Positions 51,233 to 63,261 of a DNA stretch of 64,000 nucleotides are shown here, piece by piece. The stretch is from the human T2T-CHM13v2.0 reference genome, Homo sapiens: assembly GCF_009914755.1 (NCBI RefSeq), contig NC_060932.1; one strand, given 5' to 3'. A program made the position numbers and the translations under genes. Positions within the stretch are counted from its first letter, which is position 1, and each line of letters starts with the position of its first letter. Below the pieces are notes generated by a model. That model was not told the origin of the DNA and searched no databases. It saw nothing but the letters and a program-made list of their open reading frames with translations.

Positions 51233-52132
51233 CTAGTTTCTTTTGCTCTGCAGAAACTTTTCAGTTTAATTAGTTCCCATTTATCAATTTTTGTTTTTGT
51301 TGCAATTGCTTTTCACATCTTTGTCATAAAATCTTTGCCAAGTCCTGTGTCCAGAATGGTATTTCCTAGGTTATCTTCCAGGGTTTCTATAGTTCTAGGT
51401 TTTACATGTAAGTCTTTCATTCATCTTGGGTTTATTTTTGTATATAGTATAAGGAAGGGGTCCAGTTTCAATCGTCTGCATATGGCTAGCCACTTATCCC
51501 AGCACTATTTATTGAATATGGAGTCCTTTACCCAATGCTTGTTTTTGTCAAATTAGTTGAAGATTATATGATTGTAGATGTGCGATCTGAGCTTTCTATT
51601 CTGTTCCATTGGTCTATGTATCTGTTTTTGTACCAGTACCTTGCTGTTTGGGTTACTGAAGCCCTGTAGCATTGTGTGAAGTTGAGTAATGTGATGCCTC
51701 CAGCTTTGTTGTTTTTGCTTAGGGTTGCCTTGGCTATGTGAGCTTTTATTTGGTTCTACATAAATTTTTAAGTATTTTTTTTCTAATTCTGTGAAGAATG
51801 TCGTTGGTAGTTTGGTAGCAATAGCATTGAATCAGTAAATTGCTTTGGGCAGTATGGCCATTTTAACAACATTGATTCTTCCCATCCATGAGCATGAAAT
51901 GTTTTTCCATTTGTTTGTGTCATCTCTGATTTCTTTCATCAGTGTTTTGTAATTGTTGTTGTAGTGCTGTTTCACCTCTCTGGTTAGATGTATTCTTAGG
52001 TTTTTTATTCTTTATGTGGCAGTTGTAAATGATATTGTATTCTTGATTTGGTTCTAAGCTTGGATGTCATTGGTGTATAGGAATTCTACTGATTTTTGTA
52101 CCTTGATTTTGTCTCATGAGACTTTGCTGAAG

Positions 52133-52632
52133 TTATTTATCAGAACAAGGAGCTTTTGGGCCAATACTATGGGGGTGTTCTATATATAGGATCATGTAAT
52201 CTGCAAACAGATAGTTTGACTTCCCTCTTCCTATTTTGATGGCTTTTCTTTCTTTATTTTTCTTGATTGCTCTGTCTAGAACTTCCAGTAGTTGTTGAAT
52301 AGAAGTGGTAAGAGAGAACATCCTTGTCTTGCTCTGGTTTTCAAGAGGAATACTTCCAGCTGTTTCCCATTCAGTACAATGTTGGCTGTGGGTTTGTCAT
52401 AGATGGCTCTTATTATTTTAAGGTATGATCCTTCATTGCCTAGTTTGTTCAGGGTTTTTAATACGAAGGAATGTTGAATTTTATCGAAAGCCTTTTCTGC
52501 ATCCATTAAGATGATCATATGGTTTTTGTTTTTAGTACTGTCTATGTGATGAATCACATTTGTTGATTTGCATATGTCGAACCAATCTTGCATCCTGGAG
52601 ATAAAGCCTACTTTATCATGGTGGATTAGCAT
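52133..52632 (-). pseudogene. Frameshifted L1 ORF2 reverse-transcriptase remnant
   Basis: RT motifs DAEKAFD and RQGC.L.P are present; the catalytic FADD reads FADY; the frame is broken. Confidence 0.9.
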
Positions 52633-52681
52633 TTTGATAATGCTGCTGGATTCAGTTTGCTAGTATTTTGTTGAGAATTTT

Positions 52682-52901
52682 ATTAGTATTATTATTATAC
52701 TTTAAGTTTTAGGGTACATGTGCACAATGTGCAGGTTACTTACATATGTATACATGTGCCATGCTGGTGTGCTGCACCCATTAACTCGTCATTTAGCATT
52801 AGGTATATCTCCTAATGCTACCCCTCCCCCCTCCCCCCACCCCACAACAGTCCCCAGAGTGTGATGTTCCCCTTCCTGTGTCCATGTGTTCTCATTGTTC
52901 A
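52682..52901 (-). mobile_element. Young L1PA2/3-like 3' end nested in the older L1
   Basis: tatactttaagttttagggtacatgtgcacaatgtgcagg...cattaactcgtcatttagcattaggtatatctcctaatgcta. The host ORF2 resumes at tttgtgtctatgttcatc. Confidence 0.93.
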
Positions 52902-53220
52902 TTTGTGTCTATGTTCATCGAGGATATTGGCTTGAAGGTACATTTTTTGTTGTGTTTCTGCCAAGTTTTTGGTATCAGGATGATACCAGTCTCATAGAAT
53001 GAGTTAGGAGGGAGTCTTTCCTCCCCATTTTTTTTTTTTTGGAATAGTTTCAGTAGGAGTGGTATCAGCTCTTCTCTATACGTCTGGCAGAATTTAGCTG
53101 AATTCATCAGGTTCCAGGCTTTTTCTTTTTGGTAGGCTTTTTATTACTGATTCAATTTGGGAGCTCATTATTGGTCTGTTCGGGGATTCAATTTCTTCCT
53201 GGTTCAATCTTCAGAGGTTA

Positions 53221-53661
53221 TGGTAACTCCAAAGTACCTTCTTACCTGCAAACAACCACACTAGGTCCCCAGCAATGGTTCTTAATCAGGCTGAAATGAT
53301 TGAAATAAAAGAAATAGAATTCAGAATGTGAAAGGAAGGAATATAACTGAGATTCAGGAGACAGTTGAAACCCAATCTAAAGATTCTAAGAAATACAATA
53401 AAATTATACAGTAGATGAAAGGCAAAGAGGCCATTTTAAGAAAGAACCAAACTGATCAAACAGAGCTGAAAAACTTACTTCAAGAATTTCAAAATACAAT
53501 CACAAGTGTCAACTGCAGAATCAACCAAGCTAAGGAAAGGGTCTCAGAGCTTAAAGACTGACTCTCCAAAATAACTTAATCTGACAAAAATTTAAAAAAA
53601 AAAACAGTAATAAATGAACAAAGCCTCCGAGAAATATGGGATTATGTAAAGAGGCCAAATC
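53221..53661 (+). mobile_element. 5'-inverted L1 ORF1 segment belonging to the 50217-53220 insertion
   Basis: Sense ORF1 sequence (gaaatagaattcagaat...aagaaagaaccaaactga...aagcctccgagaaatatgggattatgtaaagaggccaaatct). TSD taattaaYattct at 50204-50216 and 53662-53674. Confidence 0.85.
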
Positions 53662-54489
53662 TAATTAATATTCTGTATAATGCATTTTAGTACCTTCTTG
53701 GGGGCAAAAGCTAAACTTTCCAATGGCCATAGAAGACCAAAGGTATATATGAGGTAAACAACCCCAATAAAAATAAGACTGCAATTGCAATGATTCAGTG
53801 CAGGCCCTTTCCCCAAGTGGACAGCTACTCAGCCCAAATGGCTAAAAATACAAATTGTTGGAAAGTATTGAAAGAAGGAAACCTTTACTTTCTTATGCTG
53901 TATTTTGTTACAAATGAAAGTATACTCAGATAAACTTTTTGGTTTCTCTATCTATTTTTCCATCTCTTCAGTGTAACAGGAGCAATCAATGTGATTTCTG
54001 AGAGTCTAACCACCTTGACACTGGTGAGCAAAGTTTCTCTAACTCAAGTGCAAAGCAACTCCCAACCCCTGTCTTTGGTTCTGCATGACTCCTTAGATCT
54101 TTAGGAAGTCCAGAGGTGATAATACTTCCAGAATCCAGGTAGTAAAAGCACAGGACTATGGTGTCTATATCTGTGACACTCATGGGCCTGGTTTTCTGCA
54201 ATTCAGTAAGGAAAAAGAATAGGATATCCTATACTATCATCCACATTCTTCAACAGAGCTTAACACAGTCATAAATTTGGAAGTATTTTGGCACTGCCTA
54301 GCCATTAATTAAAATAACACTTTGACCACTATTGCTGCAAGTCCTTTGTATGCATACTTTATTAGCTAGAAACTGGAGGGCGAGAGCTAAAGAGAACCCT
54401 GAATTACTTAGTTTAATTAATAAGTGAATTGACTCAATAAGTGACAATATTCATTCCCTAGCTCTTTTGTAAATAAAAAATTTAGAATA

Positions 54490-54782
54490 ACATTTCCTAA
54501 ACTGTGGCACAGAAAATACTATTAATAATTCCAAAAGACAGCAATATATGCTGTTTTTAAAAATAAAATCTATAGTCAAATATGTTTGGGAAATAAGAGT
54601 TAACAAAGTTAAGCAGGTTTGTTTTCTATAGCTTTTGATATCTAAAGCCCACTACAAATATCCAAGATAGAAGTGCAGTTTGTAATAGTTCCCCTAATTA
54701 TTTGCTCATGAAACTTGTTTGTTTTAAGCAGAGAATATTGGAGAAAGAACCTCACAGAATTTTCCTTACTTTGGAAAATTCT
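54490..54782. mobile_element. MER112-like hAT-Charlie relic
   Basis: catttcctaaactgtgg...gtcaaatatgtttgggaaataagagttaacaaagttaagcaggttt...ctttggaaaattctg. Confidence 0.5.
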
Positions 54783-55583
54783 GATTTAGAGTACTTCTAA
54801 ATCAGAGCAAGCACCATTTCTTAAATAAAAAATAAAATAAAATAAAAACTCAGTAAGAACCTACTATATGCTTGGCATTGTGTGTGACATTGAAAAAATT
54901 GAAATAAGAGAAAGTATCTGCTTTCTAAGAGCTTATGTCCTGATGGAAAGGTAAGACCCAGAGAAGGCAAGACAGAAAACCAATCAAGGGTTTAATGCAA
55001 CAGACCTGATATGAAAAGCAGCTCTGACTTAAGGCTGTAGGAGAAAAAGAGAAGTAGCATGGGAGAAATTCATGAGAATTGAAAGATGTTTCTGGAATGT
55101 ATATTCCATGCAAGACAATGTGTTAGATACACAACATATTACATTTCATATAAAAGTTCAAAAAGAACCTTACCAGAATGTGAATATCCTTTAAACAGAC
55201 TTCTCTTGAAGTGATTGCAGATTAAATTGGTAGGAGAAAGGAAAAGAATGAAATCAGAAATATTATGTTATGGGATAGTCACGGCTGATCCCAATGTTTG
55301 CAGCAAGAGTGGCATTGCTGTGAATTTTAGTTTTAGCTAAAATCCACAGCAATGAGGAGCTCATCATACCTCACAGATGAACATGATTCATACCATGGAA
55401 GTATTGAAAGATAAAGTTGTAAAGCCACAAAGAGGGAGCTTTACTGCCAACTTGGAAGCTAGGCAGAAGGGATATTTAATTGGGAGAGATTTTTTAGAAA
55501 TAAAGATGAAAGCATTTTGAACCAAGAAGTATTTGAGACATCTACAAAAATAAATTATTTCCACATTATAAAAAGTGATTTTT

Positions 55584-57425
55584 GGAACTCCTAGCCAGAG
55601 AAATCAGGCAAGAAAGAGAAATAAAAAATATCCAAATAGGAAAAGAAGAAGTAAAACAATGTCTCTTCACTGATTATATAATTCTATACCTAGAAAACCC
55701 TTAAGACTCAACCAAAAGGCTCCTGGAACTGATAAATGACTTCAGTAAAGTTCCAGGATACAAAATTAGTGTCTAAAAATTAGCAGCATTTCTATACACC
55801 AATAATGTTCAAGCTGAGAGCTAAATCAAGAATACAATCCCATTTACAATAGCAACACACACCAAAAAAAAAAAATACCTAGAAGTATATGAAAGCAAGG
55901 AGGTGAAAGATCTCTACAAGCAGAACTACAAAACATTGCAGAAAGAAATCATAGATGACACAAATAAACAGAAAAACATTCCATGACATTTTTGGATTGG
56001 AAGGATCAATATTGTTAACATGGCCATGCTACCCAAAGTGATTTACAGATTCAATGGTATTACTATAGATCTACCAATGTCATTTTTTGCAGAACTAGAA
56101 AAAAATTATCCTGAAATTCATATGGAACCATAAAAGAGCCCAAATAGCCAAATCAAGTCTAAGCAAAAAGCAAAGCTAGCAGTATCACATTACCCAACTT
56201 CAAACTACACTACAAGGCTACGGTAATCAAAACAACATGGTACAAAATCAGACACATAGATCAATGTAACAGAATAGAATAAAGAAACTAGAAATAAAGC
56301 CACACACCTACTGCCATCTGATCTTCAACAAAATAAGCAATAGAGAAAGGACTTCCTATTCAATAAATTCTGCTGGGATAACTGGACAGCCACATGCAGA
56401 AGAATGAAACTGGACCCCTTCTTTTCACCATAAACAAAAATAAGCTCAAGATGGATTAAATATTTAAATGTAAGACCTCAAACTACAAGAATCCTGGAAG
56501 AAATCCTAGGAAACAACATTCTGGACATCAGCCTTGGAAAAGAATGTATGACTAAGTCCTCAATATCAATTGAGATAAAAACAAAAATTGCCAAAGGGGC
56601 CTAATTAAACTATGGAGCTTCTGCATAGGAAAAGAAATTATCAACAGAGTAAACAGACAACCTACAGAAGGGAGAAAATGTTCACAAACTATGCATTTGA
56701 CAAAGGTCTAATATCCAGAATTCATAAGGATATAGCCATTCTCACACCAGTCAGAATGGCTACTACTGTAAAGACAGAAAACAACAGATGCTGGTGAAAT
56801 TGAAGAGAAAAGGGAATGCTTAACCACTGATGATGGGAATGTAAATTAGTTCAGCCACTGTAGAAAGCAGTTTGGAGATTTCTCAAAAACCTTAGGACTA
56901 CCATTCGACCCAGCAATCCCATTACTAAGTATATATCCAAAAGAAAATAAATCATCCTATCAAAAAGACACATGCATGCATATGTTTATTTCCACACTAC
57001 TCACAATAGCAAAGACATGGAATCAACATAAATGCCCATCAATGACAGATTGGATAAAGAAAATGCAGTACACATACACCATGGAATACTATGCAGCTGT
57101 AAAAAGGAATGAAATCATGTCCTCTGCAGGAACATGGATGCAGCTGGGGACTGTTATCCTAGGCAAACAGAAAACCAAATACCAAATATTCTCACTTATA
57201 AGTGAAAACATGGGAGCTAAACATTTGATACTCGTGGACATAAAAACAATATATACTAGGGACTACTAGAGGAAGGATGGAGAGAGGCAAGGGTAGAAAA
57301 ACTAACTATTGGGTACTATGCTCAGTACCTCAGTGACTGGATCATTCATACCCCAAACCTCAGCATCACACAATATAACAGGTAACAAATCTGCCCATAT
57401 ACCCTTGAATCTAAAATAAAAGTTG
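55584..57425 (+). mobile_element. L1PB3/4-like LINE-1, 5'-truncated, with an internal deletion near 56731
   Basis: ORF2 3' half plus 3'UTR (aaaactaactattgggtactatgctcagtacc...ccccaaacctcagcatcac...gaatctaaaataaaagttg). TSD aaaagtg..tttt at 55571-55583 and 57426-57438. Confidence 0.92.
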
Positions 57426-57864
57426 AAAAGTGTCTTTTAAAACAAAAATTATCCCATAGAAGTAGCAAAAACTGTAGAAGGCATTCATGGGCACAGGGCA
57501 TTTCACTGAGACCTCTGCAGCCCTGAGAGTTGTACACCCAAGGCATTCACTGTGCATGGGTTTGTGCAGTAGCAATTCAGATGCAAATAATTAGGCAAGT
57601 ACAAGTATACGGCAGAACTTAGATAAGGTAGAAATTTGGAAAGATTGAGCTTTTAAGTGACTACAGTTGAAGAGAAAGAAAACTCTGTAATTAATGTATC
57701 GTCAGCTCCAAAACAAAAGTCTTGCATAAATCTCATTATGGACACGAATGGAGCAACCTAAGAAATGGAGTTATAGATATAGACTAAGGAAATGAAAAGG
57801 AAGGGGACCCAAACTAGACGTATGACCAATGCTCCCAGCAAAGGGCTTCAGCCGAAAATAAATA

Positions 57865-58174
57865 CAGTTGGCCCTCCATATCCAAGCTTCTGCAATGGCA
57901 GTTTCAACCAACCGTGGATTGAAAATGTTTGGGGAAAAAAATAATAGAACAATAAAAAGTAATACTAATTTTTAAAAACACAGTATAATGACTATTTACA
58001 TAGTATTGTATTAGATATTATAAGTAATCTCCAGATGATTTAAAGTATATGGGAGGATGCACATAGGTTTTATGCAAATACTATGCCATTTTATATAAGG
58101 GACGTAAGTACCCATAAAATTTGGCATTGGGGGCATCCTGGAATCAATCCCCTGTGGATACTGTGGGATGACCA
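57865..58174 (-). mobile_element. MER2 (TcMar-Tigger)
   Basis: Terminal inverted repeats cagttggccctccatatcc and ggatactgtgggatgacca, flanked by TA. Internal gatgatttaaagtatatgggaggatg...atgcaaatactatgccattttatataagggac. Confidence 0.85.
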
Positions 58175-58559
58175 TAAGGACTTCCACAGGCCCTTACATG
58201 GCTATCTTTACCATAGCTATCTTTCATTCAAGGGTTACAATAAGACACACATACAGCCTATTGAAAGTAAATTCAAGATTTTACAAGAGATGCACTTCAG
58301 ACTGATCCAAACCAGATTTACACAGTTGATTGCAACTGCCAAGGACAATCATTCTATCGAAATGACTGTGCCCATTCTGGAAGCGCTTCAAGTTTGTCCA
58401 TCTTTCCTCTTCCCCAGTAAATGTTTTTATGTGGAGTGCTTAATTTTTCTTCTTTACTTTTCAGGCTACAAACCCCATCTTTGGTAAATTAACACATGAC
58501 AATTTTCCAACATTGGTATTTCTTTATAGGGTCTATGCAGGAAGAGAAGCAGAATGAAT

Positions 58560-59100
58560 TGATCTCCCTTCTTCTTACAGCCTTGTCTCATGGTTCTGAT
58601 CCAAATTCGTTCCTCCCTTCCACAACTCCTTTTGCAATAAGTGTATATATACCACAAATTGTATGTGGTAAATCAGATTGTTCTTCTCCACTGCTCAAAA
58701 CCTTCCCATGACTTCCTTCTCATGCTAAATAAAAACAAGACGAAAAACTATCTGAACTCCCTACAATAGCATTATAGACCCATAGGAATGACCTCTCTGA
58801 CCTCAGTCTTCCCTGGCCTGCCCTGGCTTCCTCCACTCCAATCTCCCTGGCCTCCTCACCCTCCCTTCAGCCAGCTCGCTACCCTTAGCCTTTATACTTA
58901 ATATTTCCTGCCTGGCACACCCTGCCTCATCTCCCAGATAGTTTTAAGCTCATTCTCACCTCATTTGGGCTCCTGTCAAAAGTCATCTTATCAGAGAGCC
59001 CTTCCTTGACTGCTCTATGTGAATAACATGCTATTTGAATCCCATCTTTACCACTTGATGTAATGTATATTTATTTGTGTGTTTATTGTGTCTCTCTGCC
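58560..59100 (+). mobile_element. L2a fragment
   Basis: ctgctcaaaaccttcccatgacttcc...cttatcagagagcccttccttgac...ttatttgtgtgtttattgtgtctctc. Confidence 0.7.
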
Positions 59101-59824
59101 CAGGGATCACAGTGTTTATGTATAATGCCATGACTGTTCAATTAAATGGGTTGCATTAATAGATTGAAAGGTCTCTAATTATTTCTTCTCTGTATATCTT
59201 ACCTGACTCACTTATGCGATCCCCCTAAGACACACGCAAAGCAACCTGCCTGCGCCTTTCGTCTACCCCCACACGGGGACAGGCCACTGGAAGTTAGTCT
59301 GCCCCAGGCATTATTCAAAAATCCCATCAGAAGGCTCCTGTCCAGACCCTCTCTCTTATCCCAGACAGCAAAGTGCCTCATGCTGGCTGATCCCCTTGCC
59401 CAAGGACTCCCCTCATCTTACCTATGTTTGCATGAGTAATATACCTTTGAAATGCTTGAGGTTACTGACTCTGGTGTGGTGTGTACTGACATGCAATACC
59501 TGAAATGGGATGGAAGGGCAGCCCTGACGAGAGGCCAGGTGAGTCTGTAACACCTGCCACTATCACAGGGCACCTCCAGGTAGAGAGAGACAGAAGACTC
59601 CACCCTCATCACCCTGATTCAAAGTGCTTCTCTTGGAAACTTCCTGAATCTGAACTCAATCTGGCTTTCAACCCTCTCAACTGCTAACCTTATTACTCAT
59701 CCTACTATTTTCCTCTTAGTGTCTCCCTGGGATGCCATGTTAGGGCTCATTGACTCCTCTCAGGGAAGGTCTCAGTTTCAGTCTGATTCTACTGCCAATG
59801 ACCACATGTCAGTGGAGGTGACAA

Positions 59825-59872
59825 GTAAACTGACACCCAAGACTTGTCTCCAAATCTTGGGTGTCAATTTAC
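59825..59872. repeat. Inverted repeat, 22-bp stem, 4-nt loop
   Basis: gtaaactgacacccaagacttg-tctc-caaatcttgggtgtcaatttac; 20/22 Watson-Crick. Confidence 0.92.
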
Positions 59873-60317
59873 CCAACACCCCAGGAACAGCTCTTTGCTC
59901 TGAAGGGAACTCTACCATGGGGAGACAATGATAATCTATGGTTCCATAAACAATAAATATTTTCATCTTTAAAGCATGTTTAGTCATTTTCAGTTAATCT
60001 TGTTATTGTTTTCATATCGTTTTCAACTAAAGAACTCCTTCAGATATTTCAGGACTCACAAAATCAAATACCTGTATGAGCCAGACAGGTATCCTCAATG
60101 TGAGAAGTGGCTGGATATAACACAAGAGATTGTTGATACTGCCACTGTGCAGTGCAGAGCTTGTCTAGGGTCTTTCTAATTCAATCATATTTAACCTTTT
60201 CTGTGCTGGTCAAACAAAAGAGGATTCAGCTCATGGGCTACTAGATTAGAACCCCTGAGACAGAGTTAATGAAAGGTATTAGAATCAGATGGGACAAATG
60301 AACCATTTGGACCAAGG

Positions 60318-60487
60318 TAGTGTTTTTCAACCGTGTCCACACATAATCACCCAGACACTTTAAAAAGAGCTGATACCAGGATCCTGTCCCTAGAGATGCT
60401 GATAGAATTACTCAGGGTTACCCAGGGCATCAGATACTTTGAAAGATTTCTGAATGATTCTAATGTATAGCCAAGTAAGCACTACTT
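60318..60487. mobile_element. MER5A/B hAT-Charlie
   Basis: tagtgtttttcaacc...aatcaccca...ccctagagatgctgat...gggcatcag...tgattctaatgtatagccaag. Confidence 0.7.
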
Positions 60488-61094
60488 CTTTCAGGAGTCC
60501 ATTTTAATACAACTGACTATGCTTCTGGTAACACAGGTAAAGTCTGTCCACCCAATCCTTCTTTCCAAAGTAGTCAATATTTTATTTAATAACAGATATC
60601 ACAAACTTAGAAGAAAAGTCAGTTGCTTATAAAAGAAACATAAACAGTAAATATTTAGGGAACTAGAGATTTCAGAGAAATACAGGGCATTATTAAAGTT
60701 GGAACATAACAGCCAATTCCTAACCCAAAGTTTTCCCAACAGAACCTTAGTAGAACAAAATGCTTTAAGCACGTAGTGTACACCCTCATTGCATGTCAAA
60801 AAGAACTGGTATTATTTCAGGAAGAACAACTCATCTCTAAGGGCTTGAGCAACATTTCTGGAATATCTTGAGATTAAAAGAAACCATGTTTTCTTTGGAA
60901 GACTTGAGGGCATACATACCAGGAGGTTCATTTCATTTCAAACCCATGGATTTACCCACAGATGTTGTAAGCATCAACCCCCTTACCACCTTGTGGTGAG
61001 AGTGATGAAACTGAAATCCTGCCACATAAGGAAACTGTGCATCTTTACTAGAGTCATTGGATGGGAGACTGGATGAAGTCAGTTTTGAATGGGT

Positions 61095-61326
61095 TCACTT
61101 CTTTTTTGTTACCCATGAACCACATTCTTTGGGAAAAAAAATGTCGTTTGTAGAAATGTCGTCCATAAATAGTCGGGACTTTACATTTTTGAAAATTGCT
61201 ACATGGAGATTCCTGGATGCCTTAACTGTGGATTGCAGTGCCTTCTCAAGCAAGCTAACCTCATCTAGAAGCATGGAGTTCATAAAGCTTGATGAGCCTG
61301 CAGCTCTCCTTGGAAAGAAATGCAGT
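61095..61326 (-). CDS. Candidate terminal coding exon of an unidentified transcript (could be a lncRNA exon or chance)
   Basis: Acceptor ttctctctcttag at 61339-61327. Open frame LHFFPRRAAGSSSFMNSMLLDEV...WVTKKK to a stop at 61095. Unique sequence with clustered CpGs. Minus-strand AATAAA at 60586-60581. Confidence 0.25.
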
Positions 61327-61910
61327 CTAAGAGAGAGAACGGTATCTTGTGTTGCTTCTAATGATGGGAATCACCACCCTGCCTGTATCCACACAGTGCA
61401 ATGATCATTAAAACTCTTGTTTCAAATAAAATGAAACAGAATGTCCCATTGTGCTCTGTGAGAAGTTCTCAAAATAAGGAATGTACAGTAAAATACATTG
61501 AAGAGAGGTGTGCAACGTATCTCCCTTGCATAGATTCACGAAGCTCATTAGTAGAGTAAAGCCTCAGGGTGGTGGGGGAGGGGAAACAGATTTCAAAAAA
61601 AGAATATCAGAATTCTTTTTTCTTTTTTCTAAAACATTTCATCAAGCATTATTCCATGGAATGAACATTTAGGGGTGTACTTTTTTAAAAAAACATTTGT
61701 GTTTAGTGCAGAACACTGTGCTCCACAGCAGAAAGCCAAGGATCTTGTCCCTTATTTGGCATGAGCACCTGTGTGACTGTGAGGAAACCACTTAAATTCT
61801 CTGTTTTCAGTTTGCAAAACTATAAAAGGAAGAATTTTGGCTCAAAATTCTAACCTGGAGCTTGGAAATTTCTGGATTCCAAATAATTTATCTACCACTC
61901 AATATTAATT

Positions 61911-62230
61911 CAGATCCACAATCCCTTATTCACAATTTCAAAATATGAAAAGCCTCTGGAAATTGAAAGGTTTTTGTAATTACTTAGTGACTAAATCTGG
62001 CCTGAATTTATGTAAGCCTATTTATATCTTCTTTTTTTTTTTCACTTACCACGATCATTCATCTATTGGGTTGCAAACTGCCAAAGTGTTTGATTATGGG
62101 GTGCCCCTGACCCTGCTGTAGCTGTTATGTAAAATAGTATTTGCTTCATATTACTTTTCTAAAATCTGAAAAATTCTGAATTCAAAAACATATCTGTCCC
62201 TTAGGGTTTCAGATAAGAGACCATGGATCT
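61911..62230. mobile_element. MER46C-like TcMar-Tigger
   Basis: Terminal inverted repeat-like cagatccacaatcccttattc and gataagagaccatggatcta; internal aaaatctgaaaaattctgaattcaaaaacatatctg. Confidence 0.7.
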
Positions 62231-62249
62231 ATTGGAATACTCTGATCAT

Positions 62250-62460
62250 CCTTATGTATCAGGCATTGTTCTAAATGTTTGAAAAATATTAACTCATCAT
62301 TCTCCATTACTGTATGAAGTAGAAACTATTATTCCTATTTCCGTATATGAACACTGAGACACAAAACATATAAGTAAGTTGCTTAGAGTAACACAGACAG
62401 TGATGGAGGCAGTTTTCTAATACAGGCAGTCTGTCCTACAGCCTGGCTTTTGACCACTGT
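62250..62460 (-). mobile_element. MIR
   Basis: tatgtatcaggcattgttctaaatgttt...attaactcat...ctattattcctatttccgtatatgaacactgagac...caggcagtctg. Confidence 0.7.
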
Positions 62461-63223
62461 GTTGGTACTTCCGAATTTATGAGTCTTATGTAAATGCCTT
62501 TGGTTTCCTCATGTGTAATATGGTATTAACAACCACCTTTCAGGGAAAACTTACAGCCAACTCTCAATGGCCTTTGCAAAGGAGAATCCACTTTGAACAT
62601 TCGGTAACTTTGCTATAGTATTTTATCAGTTATGTACAGGAGTGCAAGGGGTGACACAGCTGTCTGAAAGAAGATCCTACGTGAAGCTGGTTACTCCTTT
62701 TCATCTAAAGCATTCCCACTCTCCTGTGTAATTTAGACACCAACATTAAAATAGTATTACGCCCAAAGGCACATTACAAATTACCTAAAAGCACATTGCA
62801 ACATGCCGTTTAAAATTTAAATGAAACACTATAATCTCCAATCAAAGTAGTTTAATATTAGGAATTGTGAAGTTTGGGAGCTGATGCATAATGAAGGAAT
62901 TGAGGGTCCTTTTACCAGCAGCTGTTCTAGCAAGGCACCCCATGATAAACACCTAAAAATCAGGCATATGAGCTGCCTGCCCAAACTGGGGTAACAGCTG
63001 GACAAGCCACCAGGGAAATGGAAAGGCAATAAACCAAATAAGCTTGATTTATTTTTATATCTCCCCAGGGCTCTGTATATTTTAGGGTTCATATTTTGCC
63101 TTCCAGGTGCATTTGGCTAACATCTTTGAGTCTAATCTTCGAATCCACTCTGGTCTTACTTTCTTCCTTATTTCCATGCTACCTTTACCTCCAGTCTGTT
63201 TAGCATTACCCTCCTGACCTTAC

Positions 63224-63261
63224 GCTGATTGTCTTCGATTAAGCCTAAGGATTTCCTCTTC
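63224..63261 (-). CDS. Candidate 38-nt internal exon (EEEILRLNRRQS) upstream of the 61326 exon
   Basis: Minus strand reads ...cctgactttggtccag|GAAGAGG...AATCAGC|gtaagg. It ends in phase 2, compatible with the long frame of the 61326 exon. Confidence 0.22.

Larger units (their letters stand above)
50217..53220 (-). mobile_element. L1PA13-16-like LINE-1, ORF2 middle to poly-A
   Basis: Continuous antisense L1. Minus ORFs 52892-53107, 52276-52632, 52133-52321 and 50497-50682 are ORF2 pieces ([28 protein letters not shown]). Confidence 0.95.

Noticed and set aside
52133-53107. Reverse-transcriptase-like ORFs as a novel RT system
   Set aside because: They are frameshifted L1 ORF2 pieces with a mutated catalytic motif, interrupted by another L1.
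58083-58487. Longest ORF in the track (134 aa)
   Set aside because: It starts inside MER2, has no recognisable domain and no convincing splice context; consistent with chance.
61057-61404. 115-aa plus-strand ORF
   Set aside because: It starts at TTG rather than ATG, has no recognisable homology, and is antisense to the better-supported minus-strand candidate exon.
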